Shown: piece by piece, positions 55,336 through 64,000 of the stretch
Position numbering within the stretch: the stretch's first letter is position 1
Layout: each line of letters begins with the position of its first letter
Program-made: the position numbers and the translations under genes
Assembly: GCA_965223545.1 (NCBI GenBank)
Contig: OZ245006.1
Span: 160,001-224,000, forward strand
Direction: 5' to 3'
Source of the DNA: Planctomycetota bacterium
Lineage (GTDB): Bacteria; Planctomycetota; UBA1135; UBA2386
Length of the DNA: 64,000 bases
The notes under the pieces: generated by a model
Databases searched by the model: none
What the model was told of the DNA's origin: nothing
Seen by the model: the letters and a program-made list of their open reading frames with translations, nothing else

Positions 55336-55354
55336 CCACGGAAGGGCTGCAGTT
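55336..55354 (-). repeat. Right inverted repeat
   Basis: CCACGGAAGGGCTGCAGTT on the + strand. Confidence 0.9.
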
Positions 55355-55415
55355 CGTAATGCGCCCGTAGCAATCGAAGTACCCATGGCATGGGGAACTC
55401 CGCCTAGCCGCCGCC

Positions 55416-55509
55416 GCGACCCCCAAGCTCCGTCATCTTCCTGGCCGCCGGTCGGGTTGACGGCTCTCAGGGGCGGGGTAGGCTGATTCAGACTCCCGCG
55501 CGGGGTCGC
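55416..55509. other. Potential structured leader or ncRNA upstream of wbaP
   Basis: Nested complementary segments GCGACCCC (55416-23) / GGGGTCGC (55502-09) and CCGTCA (55430-35) / TGACGG (55458-63). Confidence 0.3.
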
Positions 55510-55585
55510 TCCCTTCCACCACCCATCCACCACCCTCGTCGCCCGCCCGTCCGCGGCCGCCGCCGCCGGCGTGGCGACGCGCCCC

Positions 55586-57097
55586 ATGCCGCACACCGCA
55601 GTTCCCGCTGGGCTTCACCGGGCCTCGCGCGCCCCGACGCGTGAAGGTTTGGCCGGCACCGGCACCGCGATCAACCCGTGCCGGCCACGGACGACGACCG
55701 GCATCTTGATGGTGACCGACGTGCTGATGGTGGTGACGGCGTCGGTGGTGGCCTACCTCGCAGCAAGCCAACTGCACGAGCTGCAGGTGGAGCGCTACTT
55801 GCCGATGCTGCTGGTCGCGCTGCTGTTCCCGCCGGCGTTCGTCGGCGCCGGGCTGTATCGCGGCCCGAGCTTCGCCGAGGAGCTGCGCGCGGTGTGCTTC
55901 CGCACCTCGATGATTTGGGCCGGCCTGATGGCGCTCACTTTCATCGTGCACGACCTGCCACTGGCCGAGCAGCTGCCGTTCTCGCGCTGGGTGTTCGGGT
56001 TCGCCTGGGCGAGCTCGATCGTGCTGCTGCTGATCGCGCGGCTCACCCTGCGCATCCTGTTCGCGGACGCCAGCTGGTGGGGCTCGGGGGCGCTGGTCAT
56101 CGGCACCGAGCCGGCGGCCGAAGAGGTGATCCGCCGCCTGCAGGCGCACCCGAGCCGCGGCGTCAAGCCGGTGGCCGTACTGATCGCCGGCGGCGACGAC
56201 GACACCACGATCGAGGCCGTGCGCGGCGTTCCGGTGCTCGGCACGAGTCGAGAGCTGGCCGAGATCGGTGCCGCGTTGGGGATCGAGCGCGCCATCCTCA
56301 CCACCAAGGGAATGGAGGCGCACACCCAGTCGGTGCTCACCGACCGCGTCTCCCGCATGTTCGCGCGGCTCGCCGTGATCCCCGACCTGCACGGCTTCTC
56401 CCACCTCTGGTGCGACGCGCGCGACTACGGCGGCCTGCTGGGACTCGACGTCAAGCCGGCCCTGTTCCGGCCGTGGCCCAAGTTCTGCAAGCGCTTCTGG
56501 GACATCGCGCTGGCGACCACGGGGATGGCGCTGCTTGCGCCGGTGTTCCTCGCAATCGCGGTGGCGATCAAGCTGACTTCGCCGGGGCCGGTCTTCTATT
56601 CGCAGCGACGGCTCGGCCTGAACGGCGAGTTCTTCCGGATGTGGAAGTTCCGCTCGATGGTGATGGACGCCGACCGCCGCCTACAGGAGCACCTCGAGAC
56701 GCATCCCGAGGCGCGCACCGAGTGGGAATCCATGCAAAAGCTCGCCGACGATCCGCGCGTCACCAGCGTCGGCAAGCTGCTGCGCATCAGCAGCCTCGAT
56801 GAGCTGCCGCAGCTCTGGAACGTGCTGAACGGGACGATGAGCTTGGTCGGCCCACGGCCGGTCCCCGACGACGGTGTGGACAAGCTGTACAGCTACGGCC
56901 CGCGCTACGTCGAGTACTACACCAGCGTGCGGCCCGGCATGTCCGGCCTATGGCAGGTCGAAGGGCGCTCGGCCGTCAGCTACGACACCCGCGTCGAGCT
57001 GGACATGACCTACATCCGCACGTGGAACGTGTGGCTCGACTGGGAGATCCTGGTCAAGACCGCCCGCGCGGTGTTCAGCGGCACGGGGGCCTGCTGA
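55586..57097 (+). CDS. wbaP: Undecaprenyl-phosphate galactose phosphotransferase-like priming glycosyltransferase
   Basis: Four N-terminal TMs, KRFWD, WKFRSM, EW....KL.DDPRVT, SLDELPQLWNVL.G.MSLVGPRP, PGMSGLWQV and RVELD..Y. The start is uncertain (55571 or 55586). Confidence 0.88.
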   Translation: MPHTAVPAGLHRASRAPTREGLAGTGTAINPCRPRTTTGILMVTDVLMVVTASVVAYLAASQLHELQVERYLPMLLVALLFPPAFVGAGLYRGPSFAEELRAVCFRTSMIWAGLMALTFIVHDLPLAEQLPFSRWVFGFAWASSIVLLLIARLTLRILFADASWWGSGALVIGTEPAAEEVIRRLQAHPSRGVKPVAVLIAGGDDDTTIEAVRGVPVLGTSRELAEIGAALGIERAILTTKGMEAHTQSVLTDRVSRMFARLAVIPDLHGFSHLWCDARDYGGLLGLDVKPALFRPWPKFCKRFWDIALATTGMALLAPVFLAIAVAIKLTSPGPVFYSQRRLGLNGEFFRMWKFRSMVMDADRRLQEHLETHPEARTEWESMQKLADDPRVTSVGKLLRISSLDELPQLWNVLNGTMSLVGPRPVPDDGVDKLYSYGPRYVEYYTSVRPGMSGLWQVEGRSAVSYDTRVELDMTYIRTWNVWLDWEILVKTARAVFSGTGAC

Positions 57098-57294
57098 GCC
57101 CCGACGCTGGCCCGGGGCGCGCGCAACAGCTGCGGAATCCGGGGGTGTGACCGCCCCTCCCGAGGGCTTTAGGATGCCGGGGAATCGCGCGGCGCGGGTC
57201 TGCCCTTGTCCCCCGCTGCGCGGTCGGTGCACCCGTGGCAAAACGGGTTGCAACATCCTCGAATCTTTCAACTCTTGCGACGCAGGGAGCCGCA

Positions 57295-60200
57295 ATGAGG
57301 GATCTTCGTCTCGGGCGGACGGCGGCTTTGGCGGCCGCGCTCACGCTCCTCACCAACCACACCGCAACCGCCCAAGCAACGCGCCGCGCCGACGAAGACT
57401 TCGCCGTCGCCATGGGGCTGTTGCGGCGCGATCTGCACGAGGAGGCGGCGGCGCAGCTGCGGCGCTTGCTACAGCGCGACCCGGACTTCCCGCGCGCGGC
57501 CGAAGCGCTCTACCGCCTCGGCACGTGCTACGAGGCGATGGGCGAGCCACCCCGCGCCATCGATGCGCTCGAGCAGAGCCTCGGCGCGGCGCGGGCCGAC
57601 TTCACCCTGCGTCCCGAATGTCGCTATCGCCTCGGCAACCTGCTGCGGGCCGAGGGCCGCGGCCCCGCGGCACGCCGCCAGTACCAGGCGCTGGTCGCCG
57701 AAGTCGGGGCGGACCACTACTTGCGGCGCGCGGCGTCCTACGCCGCCGGTGAGTGCGCGCGCGACGACGGCGATGACGAGGGCGCGCTCGACGACTTCCT
57801 CGCCGCCGCCGAAGAGGGCGGTGAGGACGATGGGCGCTACGCGGTGCCCGCGCTCTACCAGGCCGGGTCCGCGCTGTTCCGTCTCGAGCGCTTCGCCGAC
57901 GCGGCCGCGACCTTCGGCCGTGCCGCCGACCGCCAACCGCGCGGCAACCTGGTCGCCGAGTGCCGCTACATGCAGGGACAGTCCGCCGCCAACGCGGGCG
58001 ATCACGCCACCGCCGAACGCGCCTACTCCGCCGCGGTCGAAGCCGGCGGCGAGTGGGCCGACGACGCGCAGCTCGGCCTGGCGCTGTGCGCGGTGCAGAC
58101 CGGCAGCCCACAAGATGCTCTACGCCGGTTCCAACAGCTGCTGAGCGCGCACTCGGACTCGCCGCTGGCGCCGCGCGCCACGGTGGAGATCGGCCGTCTC
58201 CTGCACCAAGCCGGCAACCACGAGGCTGCCCGCGACGTGCTCGGCGCGCTGCTGGACGAACTCGGCGACGACCACGCGATCCGCGCCGAGGCCCTCGAGC
58301 TGCGCGGTCTCGCCCAGCTCGACGGCGGCGCCGCCGAGCCCGCGGCGCGCTCGTTCGAGGCGGCGCTGGCCGCCGGACCCGACGAGGACGCGATTGCGCG
58401 GCTGTGGCACGCGCTGGGTGAGGCCCGCAGCGAGGCGACCCAGTGGCAGGCGGCCGCGGATGCGTACGAGCGCGCGCGGCAGCGGGCACAGGGCGCCCTG
58501 CGCGGTGACGCCTGGTACGGATCGGTGCTCGCCCTGCACAAGCTCGGCTCCGTCGACCAATCGATCGAGGCGGCCCGCGCACTGTTGCGCGAGCATCCCG
58601 ACCACCGCCTGGCGCAGCACGCGCGGTTCGCGATCGGCGAGAACCTGTTCGCGGCGCGCGACTACGCCGGGGCCGACGAGGCCTACGCCGAGGTCGACGC
58701 CGAGCACGAACTCGCCGGCAAGGCGGCTTGGAAGCGGGCGTGGTGCGCGTTCTTGGCGGAGAACGCGGCGCTGGCGGCGCAGCGGTTCGCCGCGCTGACC
58801 GGGGCCGACGACTTCGGCGAAGAAGCGCTGTCGATGACCGCGCTCGCCACCTTCAACGCCGGCGACGACGACCGCGCCCTGCAGCTGGCCGACACCTACC
58901 GCGCGCGCTATCCGGAAGGCGCGCACCTGGCGCGCACCGAGCGGGTCGCCGCCCGCGTACTGACGCGGCGCAACGAGCTGCGCGCAGCGGCGCAGCGCAT
59001 CGCCAACGCCGCCCGCGCCGAGGGCGACGGCGGGCAGGCCGCCGAGGACGAGCTGGAGCGCGCCAGCCTGCTCTACAAGCAGGGCGACTACGCCGCCGCG
59101 GCCGACGTCTACCAGCAGCTGGCGCGGGACGAGACCCTGCGCGGCCGTGCCCTGGAGGGAATGGCGTGGTGCGCATTCGAGATCGGCGACGATGCGGCGT
59201 GCCTCGAGCACATCCAGGCGGCGCTCGCTCAGCCCGATGGCCGCGGCCGCGCCGCCGAGCTACTCGAGCTGCGCATCGCCAGTCTGTCGCGCACCGAGAG
59301 CTGGGACGAGGTCGAGCAAACGGCCGCCGAGTTCCTGCGGCAGCTGCCCGACCACGCGCGCGCACCGGAGGCGGCGTTCGCCATGGGGCTGGCGCAGTCC
59401 AAGGCCGGCCGGCACGGCGACGCGATCGCCACCTTCGGCGCGTTGGCCGATCACGGCGGCTTGCAGGATCCCGCCAAGCTCTACTACGAGTGGGCGTGGG
59501 CGTGCCGCAACAACGGCGACGAGCCGGGCGCGTTGCGCGCCTTCGCGCAGGTCGCCAGCCACAGCGAGGACCCCGACACCAACGGAGAGGCTCGGCTGCA
59601 TCTCGGGCTGGCCGCGTTGGCCGCTGAAGATGCCGAGAACGCGCGCCAGCACTTCGCCGCCGTGCAGGGCCGCTACCGCGGTCAGGCGCTGTACCGCGCC
59701 GGCTTCACCTGGCTCGACGCCGACGACGCCGAGCGCGCGCAGCCGCTGTTCCAAGAGCTGCTCGACCTGGGCGCGGAGCACCCACTGCACCACGAAGCGC
59801 GCTTCTTGGTCGGCGAGTGCGCGTTCTTGCGCGGCGACCACGAGTCCGCCGCGGAACAGCTCGGCGCGCTGCTCGAGGCGGCGCCCGAGCACGACCGCGC
59901 GCAGCGCGCGCGGCTGCGCTACGGCCGCAGCCTGCTGGCGCTGTCCCGCGCCAACGACGCGATCGCCCAGCTCGAGACCATGCTGCAGCGCGGCGCTGCG
60001 GGTGTCGACGAGATGGAGGGCTACCTCTTCCTGGGGCGGGCACGCGCGGCGGCCGGCCAGCACGAGCGCGCCGAGCAAGACCTCTTGCGGGTCACCGAGC
60101 TGTCGACCGGCGAGCTCGCCGCCGAGGCGCAGTACCGCATCGGCGAGGTGCGCCAGGCGCAGCGCGATCTCAACGGCGCCATCGACGCGTTCGTCAAGCT

Positions 60201-60384
60201 GTCCTTCGTCTATGCCCACGAGGAGTGGGTGCGGCGCGGGCTGCTGCAGGCCGGGCTGTGCTATGCCGAGCTGTCGCAGCCGAGCAAGGCGGCGAAGTTC
60301 TTGGCCGAGCTCGTCGAGCGGTTCCCGGACAGCGAAGAGGGCCGCCGCGCCCGCTCGGAGCTCGAGGACCTGAAGGGGCAGTGA
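57295..60384 (+). CDS. Secreted multi-TPR protein (CpoB/BamD-like repeats)
   Basis: Signal peptide and about 1000 aa of 'A.Y.LG...P' TPR repeats, ending 'LVERFPDS'. Confidence 0.88.
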   Translation: MRDLRLGRTAALAAALTLLTNHTATAQATRRADEDFAVAMGLLRRDLHEEAAAQLRRLLQRDPDFPRAAEALYRLGTCYEAMGEPPRAIDALEQSLGAARADFTLRPECRYRLGNLLRAEGRGPAARRQYQALVAEVGADHYLRRAASYAAGECARDDGDDEGALDDFLAAAEEGGEDDGRYAVPALYQAGSALFRLERFADAAATFGRAADRQPRGNLVAECRYMQGQSAANAGDHATAERAYSAAVEAGGEWADDAQLGLALCAVQTGSPQDALRRFQQLLSAHSDSPLAPRATVEIGRLLHQAGNHEAARDVLGALLDELGDDHAIRAEALELRGLAQLDGGAAEPAARSFEAALAAGPDEDAIARLWHALGEARSEATQWQAAADAYERARQRAQGALRGDAWYGSVLALHKLGSVDQSIEAARALLREHPDHRLAQHARFAIGENLFAARDYAGADEAYAEVDAEHELAGKAAWKRAWCAFLAENAALAAQRFAALTGADDFGEEALSMTALATFNAGDDDRALQLADTYRARYPEGAHLARTERVAARVLTRRNELRAAAQRIANAARAEGDGGQAAEDELERASLLYKQGDYAAAADVYQQLARDETLRGRALEGMAWCAFEIGDDAACLEHIQAALAQPDGRGRAAELLELRIASLSRTESWDEVEQTAAEFLRQLPDHARAPEAAFAMGLAQSKAGRHGDAIATFGALADHGGLQDPAKLYYEWAWACRNNGDEPGALRAFAQVASHSEDPDTNGEARLHLGLAALAAEDAENARQHFAAVQGRYRGQALYRAGFTWLDADDAERAQPLFQELLDLGAEHPLHHEARFLVGECAFLRGDHESAAEQLGALLEAAPEHDRAQRARLRYGRSLLALSRANDAIAQLETMLQRGAAGVDEMEGYLFLGRARAAAGQHERAEQDLLRVTELSTGELAAEAQYRIGEVRQAQRDLNGAIDAFVKLSFVYAHEEWVRRGLLQAGLCYAELSQPSKAAKFLAELVERFPDSEEGRRARSELEDLKGQ

Positions 60385-60416
60385 CCTGAACAGGCAGTGA
60401 ACAGCGGACCGCCATC

Positions 60417-61112
60417 ATGATCGAACACCACCCTCTGACCATAACGCTCACCGCCCCACAGGGCACCGAGGTCGTCACCACCCAGACGCTCTGGGAGTAC
60501 CTGCAGTCCGGCGGACCGGTAATGGTCCCCCTCGTACTGTGCTCGGTGGTGGCGATGGCGTTCGCCATGGAGCGCTACCTGCGCCTGCGGCGCCGCGTCG
60601 TCTGCCCGACGGGAGTCGCCGATGCAGTCCAGCTGGTGCACGACGGCCGCGTCGACGAGGCGATCCACGCCGCCGAGGCGGCGTCCTCGCCGGGCGGCCG
60701 GATCCTCCTCGCCGGGCTGCGGCGCAGCGGGTTCTCGATCGAGGACATCGAACGCGCCATCGAGGACCAAGGCCAGAAGGAGATGCAGCGACTGCAGGCG
60801 CCGGTGCGCGGGCTGTCGTTGATCGCCAACGTGTCGCCGCTCCTCGGCCTGCTGGGCACCGTCATCGGCATCGCCGAAGCGTTCCACCGCGTCGTCGACT
60901 CGGGCCTCGGCAAGCCCGAACACCTGGCCGTGGGCATCGAGCAGGCGTTGACCACGACGGTGGTCGGGCTGGTGATCGCCATCCCCGCCATGCTGGTCGC
61001 AGCACACCTGCACGCCAAGGTGCGCCGCCTGATGCTGCACACCGACGAGACCATCGCACCCGTGGTCGAGCCTCTCGCGCGCCTGCGCGACGAGGAGAGC
61101 CATGCGGCTTGA
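60417..61112 (+). CDS. MotA/TolQ/ExbB proton channel family protein
   Basis: GGPVM.PL, PLLGLLGTVIG, GIEQALTTTVVGLVIAIP. Confidence 0.95.
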   Translation: MIEHHPLTITLTAPQGTEVVTTQTLWEYLQSGGPVMVPLVLCSVVAMAFAMERYLRLRRRVVCPTGVADAVQLVHDGRVDEAIHAAEAASSPGGRILLAGLRRSGFSIEDIERAIEDQGQKEMQRLQAPVRGLSLIANVSPLLGLLGTVIGIAEAFHRVVDSGLGKPEHLAVGIEQALTTTVVGLVIAIPAMLVAAHLHAKVRRLMLHTDETIAPVVEPLARLRDEESHAA

Positions 61113-61521
61113 CCCCGGGCCCGCCGACGAGGGCACCGTCAACCTGACGCCGTTGATCGACGTCGTCTTCCTGTTGCTCGTGTTCTTCTTGGTCGCGACC
61201 ACGTTCGCCAAGGACGAGGTCGAGCTCGATCTCACCCTGCCGGACGCGACCACGGGCGCGCAGGGTGAAGGCGGACATCTGCTGGTGATCAACGTCAAGC
61301 GGGACGGCACGCTGGTCGTCGACGGCCGCACCATGACCCTCGAGGGGTTGCGGCAGCGGCTGCGGGCGGCGGCCGCGGCGAAGAAGGACCAGGAGGTCCT
61401 GATCCGCGGCGACACCCAGGTCCAATTCGGTGTGGTCGCGCAGGCGTTCGACGCGTGCCTGGCCGCGCAGCTGCGCCGCGTCGCCGTCGCCGCTCAACCC
61501 GAGACCGGGGGTGGTCCGTGA
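61102..61521 (+). CDS. ExbD/TolR family protein
   Basis: NLTPLIDVVFLLLVFF, LP.A, VLIRGD. Confidence 0.95.
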   Translation: MRLDPGPADEGTVNLTPLIDVVFLLLVFFLVATTFAKDEVELDLTLPDATTGAQGEGGHLLVINVKRDGTLVVDGRTMTLEGLRQRLRAAAAAKKDQEVLIRGDTQVQFGVVAQAFDACLAAQLRRVAVAAQPETGGGP

Positions 61522-64000
61522 ATCGGCGCGTGCGGCGGGTCCTGTTCTGGAGCGTGTTCGTGGTCGCGGTCACCGCCGCGGTGTCGCTCTGGATGCTGCG
61601 CTCCGGCCGGCCGCTGTACTACACCGATGGCGAGCAGCAGTACTCGGCGCGCGAGCTCAGCGACGCCTCGATGCTGATCTGGGACCCTCCGCTGCCCGAA
61701 TACGAGCTGCCCGGCCCGGTGGTGGGGCGGGTCGCCGCGATGCCCGACGGGCGCCTGCTCTACGGCCGTGGCAGCAGCGCGGAGCGCACCGATTTGGTGC
61801 TGTTCGACCCCGCGCGGCCGAACGCGGTGCCGGAACGCGCGGTCGGCCTCAACAGCCGCGGCCACGACCTCGCGCCCGTGCTGCTCGCCGACGGCTGGCT
61901 GTACTTCAGCTCGGACCGGCGCGGCGGAGTGGGGGGCTTCGATCTCTACCGCGCCCGCCTGCGCGGCGGCGCGTTCGGCGCGGTCGAGGCGCTGCCCGAC
62001 TGGATCAACACCGGGCTGGACGAGGCCGACCCCGCGCCCGCGCCCGACGGCACCACGCTGGTCTTCACCCGGCGTGACCCCGGCCTGCGCGACGGCGCCA
62101 ACAGCACGCTGATGCTGGCCTCGCTGTCGGACGCGACGGCGGCGGTGCCGCTGTACGAGCCCGATCCGGAACGCGTCGACCAAGACCGCGATCCGGCGTG
62201 GTCGCCGGACGGGGTCTGCCTGTGGTTCGTGCGACAGACCGATGGTGGCCCGCTGCTGCTGCGCACTTGGCGGTTGGAAGGCACCTTCGCGCCGCCGCAC
62301 GCGCCCGCGGCGCTGCGCGCCGGCGGTCCGTTTCGCGGACCAGCACCGGACGAGTCCGGCTTCGGCCTCCGCCTGCTCAAGCCGGCCGCCGACGACTCCG
62401 CCCTGACCTATTTCGCCACCGCGCGCGAGCTCTACCCGTGGTGGGCCGGGCAAGCATGGCTCGAGCTGTTGCTGCTGATCGTCCTGCTGATCGCCCTGCT
62501 GCTGCTGTTGCTGCTGTGGCTCGGCGAGCGCTGGCGTCAGCTCGACGTGATCACCTGGTGTCTGCTGCTGTCGCTGTTCTTGCACTTCCTGGCGATGCTG
62601 TGGCTCGCCGACGTGCAGATCGTGCGGCGCTTCTTCGCCCCGGACCGCGACGACGGGGGTCTGCAGGTCGAGCTATTGGCCGACGCCGGCGCGGCGGCCG
62701 GCGGCGGACTCGAGATCCGGCAAGCGCAGCGGCAGCTGCACCGCGAGGCGCGGTTTGCCGAGCAGGCCGAGGCGCTGTCGGCAGCGGCGCCCGCCGCGGT
62801 GGTCGCCGCCACCGAGCCCCAGCCGACCGCGACGCCGGCGACGACGGCCAACCAAGAGCTGACGGCGCCGGCGGTGGAGACCGCTGCCAGCGCACTCGCC
62901 GACGCTGCCAGCGAGGAACCGCGCCACGATGGTCGCGACGAGAGCGCCGCGCTGGCCGCGCGCGCGCAGCGCGCCGAGCAGAGCGCCCACGAGGTCCAGG
63001 TCGCCCGCGCGCAGGCCGCCGCGCAGCCGCTGGCCGCGGCGCAGCCATCGGCGACGCCGGAGGCCGGCCCGTCGGCGGCGCGTGCACCGGACGGCGCCGC
63101 GCCGAGCGCGCTGCTCGAGACTCCGACCGAGACCGCGGTCGCCCAAAGCCAGGTGAGCGATACGCCCACTTCCGCTCCGCTGCGCACGGGAACCGACGGC
63201 CCGGCCGCCGCGGCGGCCGCCGTCGATCCCGGCGCCCTCGCGGCGTCCAGCGACGCGGTGCAACCGGCGCCCCGCACCCTGCCCGGCCCGCGGGCGCTGG
63301 CGGCGCAACACCGGGACGCACAGGGCCTGGCGCGGGCGACCGACACCGGCGAGGCGCCGCCCAGCACGCACGTCGCCAACTTGCCGTCGGCACCCACGGC
63401 GGCCGCCGCGCCGATGGAGGACGCGCCCCGCGAGGCGGCGCGGCACGCCGGCAGCGACGCCGCCACACCTCTCGTCGCAGGCTCCAGCCCGGCTCCGGCG
63501 CAACAATCCGCCCTGCCGCGGGCCGAGCGCGCCGCCGCGCAAACCGGCCTCCAGAGCGCCGGGCGGACCGGCGCCGCCGCACCGCAGACCGCGCTGGCCG
63601 GCGGTGCGCCGCGGGCGCGTCCAAAGCCGGAGGGGCCGGCACCGAGCGACGCCGTGCCGGTGGCGGCAGCCCCCGCGCAGCCGACCGCACTCGCCGATGC
63701 CCCGCAGGCGCAGACCGCGTCTCGCAGCGCCGACGACCGCGGCCGCGGCGCGGCACTGGCGGCCGCGCCGACCACGGTGGGGCCGCGGGCTTCGGCGTTG
63801 CCGCGGGTGAACCGGCCGGCCACGGCCGATCCCGGCGGCGCCGCGCCGGCGGCGACGGCCACGCCCCGGCCCACGGACGACCTGGCACGCGCCGGTGCGC
63901 CGCGCGCAGCGGCGGGTCCCCAGAGCACTCCACACGCGCCGGACGCCCGCCGCACGGCCCTGGTCGCGGCCGCTCCGGAACTCGCCGATGAGCTGCCAGG
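61518..64000 (+). CDS. Partial gene: TolB-like (PD40) propeller, TonB-like TM anchor and Ala/Pro-rich linker; runs off the window
   Basis: Not in the ORF track because there is no stop in the window. The GTG overlaps the exbD stop. My translation gives an N-terminal TM, LYFSSDRRGGVGGFDLY, INT...E..P...PDG and DPAWSPDG, then two TMs including LSLFLH, then a long A/P/E-rich stretch. Confidence 0.8.
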   Translation, partial: MNRRVRRVLFWSVFVVAVTAAVSLWMLRSGRPLYYTDGEQQYSARELSDASMLIWDPPLPEYELPGPVVGRVAAMPDGRLLYGRGSSAERTDLVLFDPARPNAVPERAVGLNSRGHDLAPVLLADGWLYFSSDRRGGVGGFDLYRARLRGGAFGAVEALPDWINTGLDEADPAPAPDGTTLVFTRRDPGLRDGANSTLMLASLSDATAAVPLYEPDPERVDQDRDPAWSPDGVCLWFVRQTDGGPLLLRTWRLEGTFAPPHAPAALRAGGPFRGPAPDESGFGLRLLKPAADDSALTYFATARELYPWWAGQAWLELLLLIVLLIALLLLLLLWLGERWRQLDVITWCLLLSLFLHFLAMLWLADVQIVRRFFAPDRDDGGLQVELLADAGAAAGGGLEIRQAQRQLHREARFAEQAEALSAAAPAAVVAATEPQPTATPATTANQELTAPAVETAASALADAASEEPRHDGRDESAALAARAQRAEQSAHEVQVARAQAAAQPLAAAQPSATPEAGPSAARAPDGAAPSALLETPTETAVAQSQVSDTPTSAPLRTGTDGPAAAAAAVDPGALAASSDAVQPAPRTLPGPRALAAQHRDAQGLARATDTGEAPPSTHVANLPSAPTAAAAPMEDAPREAARHAGSDAATPLVAGSSPAPAQQSALPRAERAAAQTGLQSAGRTGAAAPQTALAGGAPRARPKPEGPAPSDAVPVAAAPAQPTALADAPQAQTASRSADDRGRGAALAAAPTTVGPRASALPRVNRPATADPGGAAPAATATPRPTDDLARAGAPRAAAGPQSTPHAPDARRTALVAAAPELADELP

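Larger units (their letters stand above)
54115..55354. mobile_element. IS1-like insertion sequence (~1.24 kb)
   Basis: A single transposase ORF bounded by a perfect 19-bp inverted repeat. No target-site duplication was recognised, so the exact outer ends are uncertain. Confidence 0.75.

Noticed and set aside
55380..55520. SAM-I, FMN, glycine or c-di-AMP riboswitch, or SRP RNA
   Set aside because: Only isolated words match (CTCTCAGG, CCCGACCGGCGG, GAAGATGA), and the other conserved cores are missing.
62198..63991. ORF-track calls 62198..63991 (+) and 62537..63955 (-)
   Set aside because: These are alternative frames of the open-ended gene starting at 61518.

Overview
A very GC-rich bacterial chromosomal segment. 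It is most likely from a Planctomycetota genome, inferred from the MoxR/DUF58/BatA/vWA cluster, the TIGR02999-type ECF sigma plus Ser/Thr kinase pair and the prepilin-type protein. About 44 real genes can be separated from the many GC-driven shadow ORFs. They include an 8-gene MoxR-vWA cluster, eno with a coupled FtsB-like ORF, an O-antigen-ligase/TPR protein and an AT-richer island of secreted hypothetical or broken genes. Next come upp, an anthraniloyl/salicylyl-CoA monooxygenase-reductase, xerC, a serA-aminotransferase-DUF1015 cluster, two priming sugar transferases, yajC, mnmA, HU, miaB, ribD and SMUG1. An IS1-like element with 19-bp inverted repeats and a TPR-ExbB-ExbD operon follow; the operon ends in a TolB-propeller/TonB-anchor hybrid that runs off the window. 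The most striking feature is a two-gene porin-cytochrome locus (41560-45542). It encodes an MtrA/DmsE-like cytochrome extended to 18 CxxCH motifs by triplication of the N-terminal 4-heme module. It also encodes an MtrB-like beta-barrel fused to its own N-terminal 3-heme module, giving 21 hemes in total, with no MtrC/CymA partner nearby. All family assignments come from motif recognition by eye; no database searches were run.
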